Origin: Pseudomonas aeruginosa PAO1
GTDB lineage: Bacteria; Pseudomonadota; Gammaproteobacteria; Pseudomonadales; Pseudomonadaceae
Assembly (NCBI RefSeq): GCF_000006765.1
Contig: NC_002516.2
Strand: one strand, 5' to 3'
Length of the DNA: 64,000 nucleotides
Position numbers and translations under genes: made by a program. Below the pieces are notes generated by a model. That model saw only the letters and a list, made by a program, of their open reading frames with translations, searched no databases and was not told the origin of the DNA. Below, piece by piece: positions 58,462 to 64,000 of the stretch (positions are counted from its first letter, which is position 1; every line of letters starts with the position of its first letter).

Positions 58462-60405
58462 TCAGAACTGCCAGTTCACCCCGAGCGAATAGCCCGCTTG
58501 GTTGCCTTCGCTGTGGGCGAAGCGGCTGTTGGCTTCGGCGAAGACCCCGAGCTGCTCGGTGATCGCCAGTTGCGCGCCAAGCTGGGCGCGGCCGAAATCC
58601 TTGTCCACGCCGCCCATGTCGGCGACCCGGACACGCCCGTCGCCGCGGCTGGTCAGGTCCATGTCGTCCAGGCGTCCGTCCGCCAGCTCGCGGACCCAGC
58701 GCAGGCTGGCGTAGGGTTGCAGGCGCATTCTCGCGCCCAGCGCCAGCTCGCCGCGCAGGCGCCAGCCGAGACTCGCCTCCAGCGAGTCGTAGTCCTGCTT
58801 CTCGTAGCCGAGTGCGGTACGCAGGGCCTCGTCCTCGCGGAAGTCGTCGATGCGGTAGTGCATGTAGTCGAGGCCGGCCAGCGGCCCGCTCCGCAGTTCG
58901 CCGAAGCTGAAGTCATAGCCGCCTTCCAGCCGGGCGCCCCAGGACCAGGCCGAGGTGTCGCCCGACAGACGCTGGTCGAGCAGCACCGGCCCGCCGGCGG
59001 CCTGGAGGTAGACCGAACGCTTGCTGTCGTAGCGGGTATGCCCGAGGTTCAGCTCGCCGGCCAGCCATTCCGGACCGCCGTCGTTGTACAGGCCGAACAG
59101 GCCGAGCTGCCAGGTGTCGCCCTCGATGCGCCCACCATGGTCCAGCTTGTCGCGGCTGCGCTGGAAGGCCAGGCTGCCGCCGAGAGTCAGGGCCTCGCTG
59201 TAGCGGTAGTCGCCGAGCAGATGCACGCCGGCGCGCCTGGACTCCGGATTGCCAGGCATGTCGAAACCGCTGTCCGGCGAGACCTCGCCCTCCGCGCCCA
59301 CCTCGCCGTCGAAGCTGCCTACCGGCCGGTTGCTGCCGAGCAGGGTCAGCCAGCGGCGGTCGTGCAGGCGGGTCAGTGCCTGATGCTGGCGCTGCAACTG
59401 GTCTTCCATCTGCCGCGCCAGGGCGCCGCCGGAGGCGGTGGAGGCCAGCAGGTCGGCGTTGGTCTGCTCCAGCACCAGGCGCGTCAGCAGGCGGGAAAAG
59501 TCGCGCATGCGTTGCTCGATGCGCTCCTGGCCGAGGGCGTTGGTCAGTACTTCCTTGTTGTCCTCGGCCGGGTCGTGCCAGGTTGAGCCGCCGGGAATCG
59601 CCGGGTTGTCGGTCTGCTCGTAGCCGTCCAGGTCGCCCAGTTCCCAGTTGGTCGCCTCGATGAACAACACCGGGATGTCCATCCCGTTGAAGCTTTCGCC
59701 GTCGCTGCAGCAGCCGGTACCCGCCGGGTATTCGGCGTTCAGGCCGGGGTTGGTGAACAACGGGATGTCCAGCTCGCGGGCGATGCGCAGGATCTGTTCG
59801 CGGTAGGCGCCGAGGGCCGGGTTGGACACGCTGTTGGAGCCGGCATGGGCGTACATCTTGTCGCCGGTGACCAGGCTGTCGAGGTTGATCATTCCCAGCA
59901 GGTTGGCGCGCTGGCTGGCGTCGAGGGACTCGACGTAGGCACGCGAACCGCGCAGGCCTTCCTCCTCGGCGCCGAAACCGACCACCTCGAGGCCGTTCTC
60001 CAGGGCGATGCCGCCGAGGTTGCGGGCGATCTCGGTGAGCACCGCCGCGCCCGAGGCGTTATCGTCCAGGCCCTGCAGGGTCGGGCGACCGTAGTAGGTG
60101 TCGTAGTGCGCGCCGAGTACCAGGAACTTCCCGCTGCTGCCGGGCGCCGAGGCGATGACGTTCTGCGAACTGCGGTTGCCGGCCCAGGTGAAGTCCTGGC
60201 GACTGGTCTGGTAGCCGAAGCCCAGGCGCGACTGCATCAGTTTGCTGGCGCCGGCGAAGCTGGCGGTGCCGCGATAGCGGCCCGGGTAGTCGGTGATCAG
60301 GCGCTCCAGGGTCTCCCCGGCGTATTCCCCGTATTGATAGGCGTTGGCACCCAACGACAGCGCAGCACATCCCAGGCCTACAGCGACAGCTAATGGTTTG
60401 AACAC
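58462..60405 (-). CDS. aaaA: arginine-specific aminopeptidase autotransporter
   Basis: GTG start after GAGGA, 647 aa; M28 motifs GAHYD, DDNASG, EEEG; C-terminal beta-barrel ending WQF. Confidence 0.92.
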   Translation of the reverse strand: MFKPLAVAVGLGCAALSLGANAYQYGEYAGETLERLITDYPGRYRGTASFAGASKLMQSRLGFGYQTSRQDFTWAGNRSSQNVIASAPGSSGKFLVLGAHYDTYYGRPTLQGLDDNASGAAVLTEIARNLGGIALENGLEVVGFGAEEEGLRGSRAYVESLDASQRANLLGMINLDSLVTGDKMYAHAGSNSVSNPALGAYREQILRIARELDIPLFTNPGLNAEYPAGTGCCSDGESFNGMDIPVLFIEATNWELGDLDGYEQTDNPAIPGGSTWHDPAEDNKEVLTNALGQERIEQRMRDFSRLLTRLVLEQTNADLLASTASGGALARQMEDQLQRQHQALTRLHDRRWLTLLGSNRPVGSFDGEVGAEGEVSPDSGFDMPGNPESRRAGVHLLGDYRYSEALTLGGSLAFQRSRDKLDHGGRIEGDTWQLGLFGLYNDGGPEWLAGELNLGHTRYDSKRSVYLQAAGGPVLLDQRLSGDTSAWSWGARLEGGYDFSFGELRSGPLAGLDYMHYRIDDFREDEALRTALGYEKQDYDSLEASLGWRLRGELALGARMRLQPYASLRWVRELADGRLDDMDLTSRGDGRVRVADMGGVDKDFGRAQLGAQLAITEQLGVFAEANSRFAHSEGNQAGYSLGVNWQF

Positions 60406-60705
60406 GGCACTTTCCTCTGTGTCGGTACGATGGTGCATCGAATGATGCTCGCGCCGCGGAAAGCAGGATGCGGACCGTTTCATGTCTCTGGAGCACGAAT
60501 TGACGCCTGGGCGACCTGAGGTGTCGCTACGTTGTAACTGGCAGCGGCTTGGACGGCGAAGCAGAGAGAGGCAGCGGCCGGGAGTGTTACTTGCGAGCCT
60601 GAAAATGGGGCGCTGCGTTCAACTCCTGGGACGGGAAGTAACCGCGGAAGGGAATGCAGAGGTGGATGGGCGGCGCTTGTGCCTCGGCACAGGCGCCGCC
60701 AGGCC

Positions 60706-61038
60706 TCAGCTTTCGTCGCTGAGACCGGCTTCCGGCGTTGCGCGCTTCACCGACTGCACGCCGGCTTCGGCGTTGGCCTGGCTGGCATAGAGCTGGCTCT
60801 GGCCGACGACCTGGCCATTGGTGGCCTTGAGCACGAAGTGGAACTTGCCGTTGTTGGCCGGCTTGACCTCGAAGGCACCGTCGCGCTGGGAGTTCTTGCG
60901 CACCGACTCGATGCCGCCGAGCGCCGAGTCCTTGGCCTTGTACAGTTCGCTGGTGAGAATGATCTCGCCGTTGGCGGCATGCAGGTTGAAGTGGAACTGG
61001 CCGTCTTTCGCTTTCTTCAGATGGAATTTGGCTGCCAT
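60706..61038 (-). CDS. YegP-family protein (two DUF1508 repeats)
   Basis: 110 aa; repeats FHFNLHAANGEII..SELY and FHFVLKATNGQVV..SQLY; AAGGAG SD. Confidence 0.9.
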   Translation of the reverse strand: MAAKFHLKKAKDGQFHFNLHAANGEIILTSELYKAKDSALGGIESVRKNSQRDGAFEVKPANNGKFHFVLKATNGQVVGQSQLYASQANAEAGVQSVKRATPEAGLSDES

Positions 61039-61161
61039 GTCTAGCTCCTTGTTCACAGGGTGAGGCGGATCGCAACGGACCAGCCGTCTGCTGAGACACA
61101 GCGTAGCCGCTTTTGTTGCAGTGTCGCCCCGCTCCGGTCATCGGCCCTGGGGCAAGCGGGC

Positions 61162-61833
61162 TCAGGCCTTGAGGGTCTTGACGCCGTCGGCGGTGCCGAG
61201 TAGCAGCAGGTCGGCCGGGCGGGCGGCGAACAAGCCGTTGGTGACCACGCCGACGATGGCGTTGATCTTCTCTTCCAGTTCCACCGGGCTGTCGATGCGC
61301 AGGTTGTGCACGTCGAGGATGATATTGCCGTTGTCGGTCAGCACGCCTTCGCGGTAGACCGGATCGCCGCCGAGCTTCACCAGTTGGCGGGCGACGTGGC
61401 TGCGAGCCATCGGGATGACCTCCACCGGCAGCGGGAACTGGCCGAGGATGGGCACCAGCTTGCTGGCATCGGCGATGCAGATGAAGGTCTTGGCCACCGC
61501 GGCGACGATCTTCTCGCGGGTCAGCGCGGCACCGCCGCCCTTGATCAGCTCCAGGCGCTCGTTGCTTTCGTCGGCGCCGTCGACGTAGAACTCCAGCTCG
61601 CTGACCGTGTTCAGCTCGTAGACCGGGATGCCATGCTCCTTCAGGCGCTTGGCGGTGGCCTCCGAACTGGCTACTGCGCCGTCGAACTCGGCCTTGTGGC
61701 GGGCCAGGGCATCGATGAAGAAGTTGGCGGTGGAGCCTGTGCCGACGCCGACGATGCTCTTGCTGTCGAGGTGCGGAAGAATGTGGTCGACGGCGGCCTG
61801 TGCCACTGCCTGCTTGAGCTGATCCTGGTTCAT
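61162..61833 (-). CDS. rpiA: ribose-5-phosphate isomerase A
   Basis: [34 protein letters not shown]. Confidence 0.98.
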   Translation of the reverse strand: MNQDQLKQAVAQAAVDHILPHLDSKSIVGVGTGSTANFFIDALARHKAEFDGAVASSEATAKRLKEHGIPVYELNTVSELEFYVDGADESNERLELIKGGGAALTREKIVAAVAKTFICIADASKLVPILGQFPLPVEVIPMARSHVARQLVKLGGDPVYREGVLTDNGNIILDVHNLRIDSPVELEEKINAIVGVVTNGLFAARPADLLLLGTADGVKTLKA

Positions 61834-62090
61834 CCCGGGTGCCTGTCTGGTGCCTGGCCGGCCGTCCCGGCGGCGCAGGCGGAGGGTGCGCGCGGCCGGG
61901 GCGGCCCGGCGGGTTTCCGGCACGTCCTGTGCCGCTGCGATACGAAGGGACGAATTATAGCGGCCTGGCGTGCTCCGGTCTTGCCCCGGATGACCGGCAG
62001 TCGCGGTGTTTTCCTGCGGCGCGCCGGTAGTCCGCCCGGCGGGCCTGGAGTAGACTCCGGGCTTCCGTGAAGTCCGCCGAACCGCCTCCG

Positions 62091-63605
62091 ATGCTCGAAC
62101 AATACGTCAAGAAGATCCTCACCTCGCGCGTCTACGACGTCGCGGTGGAAACGCCCCTGCAACCCGCCCGCCAGTTGTCCGAACGCCTCGGCAACCAGGT
62201 CCTGCTCAAGCGCGAGGACCTGCAGCCGGTGTTTTCCTTCAAGATCCGCGGCGCCTACAACAAGGTCGCGCAGCTCACCGAGGAGGAGAAGGCCCGCGGG
62301 GTGATCGCCGCCTCGGCCGGCAACCACGCCCAGGGCCTGGCCCTGGCGGCCAAGCGGCAGGGGATCAGGGCGGTCATCGTGATGCCCAAGACCACCCCCG
62401 AGATCAAGGTCCAGGCGGTGCGCGCCCACGGCGCCAAGGCGGTGCTGCACGGCGACGCCTTCCCCGAGGCGCTGGCCCACGCGCTGAAGCTGGTCGACGA
62501 GAAGGGCTACACCTTCGTCCATCCCTACGACGATCCGGACACCATCGCCGGCCAGGGCACCGTGGCCATGGAGATTCTCCGCCAGCAGCCCGGCCGCCTC
62601 GATGCGATCTTCGTCCCGGTGGGCGGTGGCGGACTGGTCGCCGGCATCGCCGCCTACGTCAAGTACCTGCGTCCGGAGATCAAGGTGATCGGCGTCGAGC
62701 CGGACGAGTCGAACTGCCTGCAGGCGGCCATGGCCGCCGGCGAGCGGGTGGTGCTGGGCCAGGTCGGGCTGTTCGCCGACGGCGTGGCGGTGGCGCAGAT
62801 CGGCCAGCACACCTTCGACATCTGCAAGGACCACGTCGACGAAGTGATCACCGTCAGCACTGACGAGATCTGTGCGGCGATCAAGGACATCTACGACGAC
62901 ACCCGCTCGATCACCGAGCCGGCCGGCGCGCTGGCGGTGGCCGGGATCAAGAAGTACGTCGAGCGCGAGCGCGCCGAGGGGCAGACCCTGGTGGCGATCG
63001 ACTCCGGCGCCAACGTCAACTTCGATCGCCTGCGGCATGTCGCCGAACGCGCCGAACTGGGCGAGCGCCGCGAAGCGATCATCGCGGTGACCATTCCCGA
63101 GCGGCCGGGCAGCTTCAAGGCCTTCTGCGAGGCGGTCGGCAAGCGCCAGATCACCGAGTTCAACTATCGCTACCACAGCGGCAGCGAGGCGCACATCTTC
63201 GTCGGCGTGCAGACCCACCCGGAGAACGACCCGCGCGAGGCGCTGGTGGCCTATCTGCGCGAGAAGGGCTTCCCGGTCCTCGACCTGACCGACAACGAAC
63301 TGGCCAAGCTGCACATCCGCCACATGGTTGGCGGCCATGCGGTGAAAGTCAGCGACGAGATGGTGTTCCGCTTCGAATTCCCCGAGCGGCCCGGCGCGCT
63401 GTTCAACTTCCTCACCAAGCTCGGCGGGCGCTGGAACATCTCGATGTTCCACTACCGTAACCATGGTGCGGCCGACGGCCGGGTGGTGGCCGGGTTGCAG
63501 GTGCCGGAAGACGAGCGCCACCTGATCCCGCAGACCCTGGAGGCGATCGGCTATCCGTACTGGGACGAGACCGCCAACCCGGCCTACCAGCTGTTCCTCG
63601 GCTGA
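62091..63605 (+). CDS. ilvA: biosynthetic threonine dehydratase
   Basis: [35 protein letters not shown], two ACT domains with FPERPG. Confidence 0.97.
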   Translation: MLEQYVKKILTSRVYDVAVETPLQPARQLSERLGNQVLLKREDLQPVFSFKIRGAYNKVAQLTEEEKARGVIAASAGNHAQGLALAAKRQGIRAVIVMPKTTPEIKVQAVRAHGAKAVLHGDAFPEALAHALKLVDEKGYTFVHPYDDPDTIAGQGTVAMEILRQQPGRLDAIFVPVGGGGLVAGIAAYVKYLRPEIKVIGVEPDESNCLQAAMAAGERVVLGQVGLFADGVAVAQIGQHTFDICKDHVDEVITVSTDEICAAIKDIYDDTRSITEPAGALAVAGIKKYVERERAEGQTLVAIDSGANVNFDRLRHVAERAELGERREAIIAVTIPERPGSFKAFCEAVGKRQITEFNYRYHSGSEAHIFVGVQTHPENDPREALVAYLREKGFPVLDLTDNELAKLHIRHMVGGHAVKVSDEMVFRFEFPERPGALFNFLTKLGGRWNISMFHYRNHGAADGRVVAGLQVPEDERHLIPQTLEAIGYPYWDETANPAYQLFLG

Positions 63606-63724
63606 CCCGCGGCGGCTCGCCGACACGGGCTGCTAAGCTTCACGGGCAGGTGATCTCCTTCCTCGGGAACTGAGCCCGCCCCCGGCCCCTCAAACGGGCC
63701 GGGAACACGGACAAGGATGCGCTG

Positions 63725-64000
63725 ATGGAACATTTTCTCCAGATCAAGATTCTCCACGGAGTCGCCACCGTGCTGCTGTTCGGCGGCCTGCTCGGCCTGG
63801 CGTTCTACGCCTGGCGCAGCTGGCGGACGGGCGACGCGGCGCGGGTCGCGCGCGGTTTCAAGCGGGTCCGCCTGATCGGCTGGCCGCTGCTGGGGCTCAG
63901 CCTGCTGGCCCTGCCGGTCAGCGGCTGGTGGCTGGTGCACCTGGCCGGCTGGCCGTTGGGCCAGAGCTGGCTGCTGTTCGGCGCCTGCCTCTATCTGCTC
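63725..64000 (+). CDS. DUF2269-like membrane protein, truncated by the window edge
   Basis: AAGGA SD; open to the window end; MEHFLQIKILHGVATVLLFGG...LPVSGWWLVHLAGWPLGQSWL. Confidence 0.8.
   Translation, partial: MEHFLQIKILHGVATVLLFGGLLGLAFYAWRSWRTGDAARVARGFKRVRLIGWPLLGLSLLALPVSGWWLVHLAGWPLGQSWLLFGACLYLL

Overview
High-GC core chromosome of Pseudomonas aeruginosa. From memory, the gene order and sizes match PAO1 PA0275-PA0332; this was not checked against a database. Left to right: Crp/Fnr regulator with a divergent DUF962 gene; M48 lipoprotease; TauE/ArsR pair; oscA-sbp-cysTWA sulfate uptake; PAS-GGDEF-EAL protein; desA; gpuPAR; PAS-GGDEF protein; oprE; aguBA/aguR; the spuI/spuA-H polyamine locus; AHL acylase hacB with an AraC regulator; several unknown or partly known genes (Spy-like, thioredoxin-like, hydrolase, prolyl hydroxylase, DUF6160, DUF523); cystine ABC components; serA/D2HGDH; two paralogous beta-propeller genes and carO around an acetylpolyamine deacetylase/uptake cluster; aaaA; yegP-like; rpiA; ilvA. 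I found no transposase, integrase, tRNA/rRNA or CRISPR array, and no obvious pseudogene. The most novel-looking signals are small. (1) A perfect 28-bp direct repeat at the spuG/spuH junction creates a 29-aa Ser-rich mini-ORF that is ATGA-coupled to both genes. (2) An SD-preceded 21-aa Cys-x-Cys sORF lies just upstream of sbp. (3) A Crp-type palindrome sits in class II geometry ahead of the DUF962 gene. (4) A sigma54 promoter is followed by a uORF in the long oprE leader. (5) carO and carP share an almost identical TTAAG-N6-TTCAG box plus -10 element. All functional roles for these small elements are inferences that need testing.
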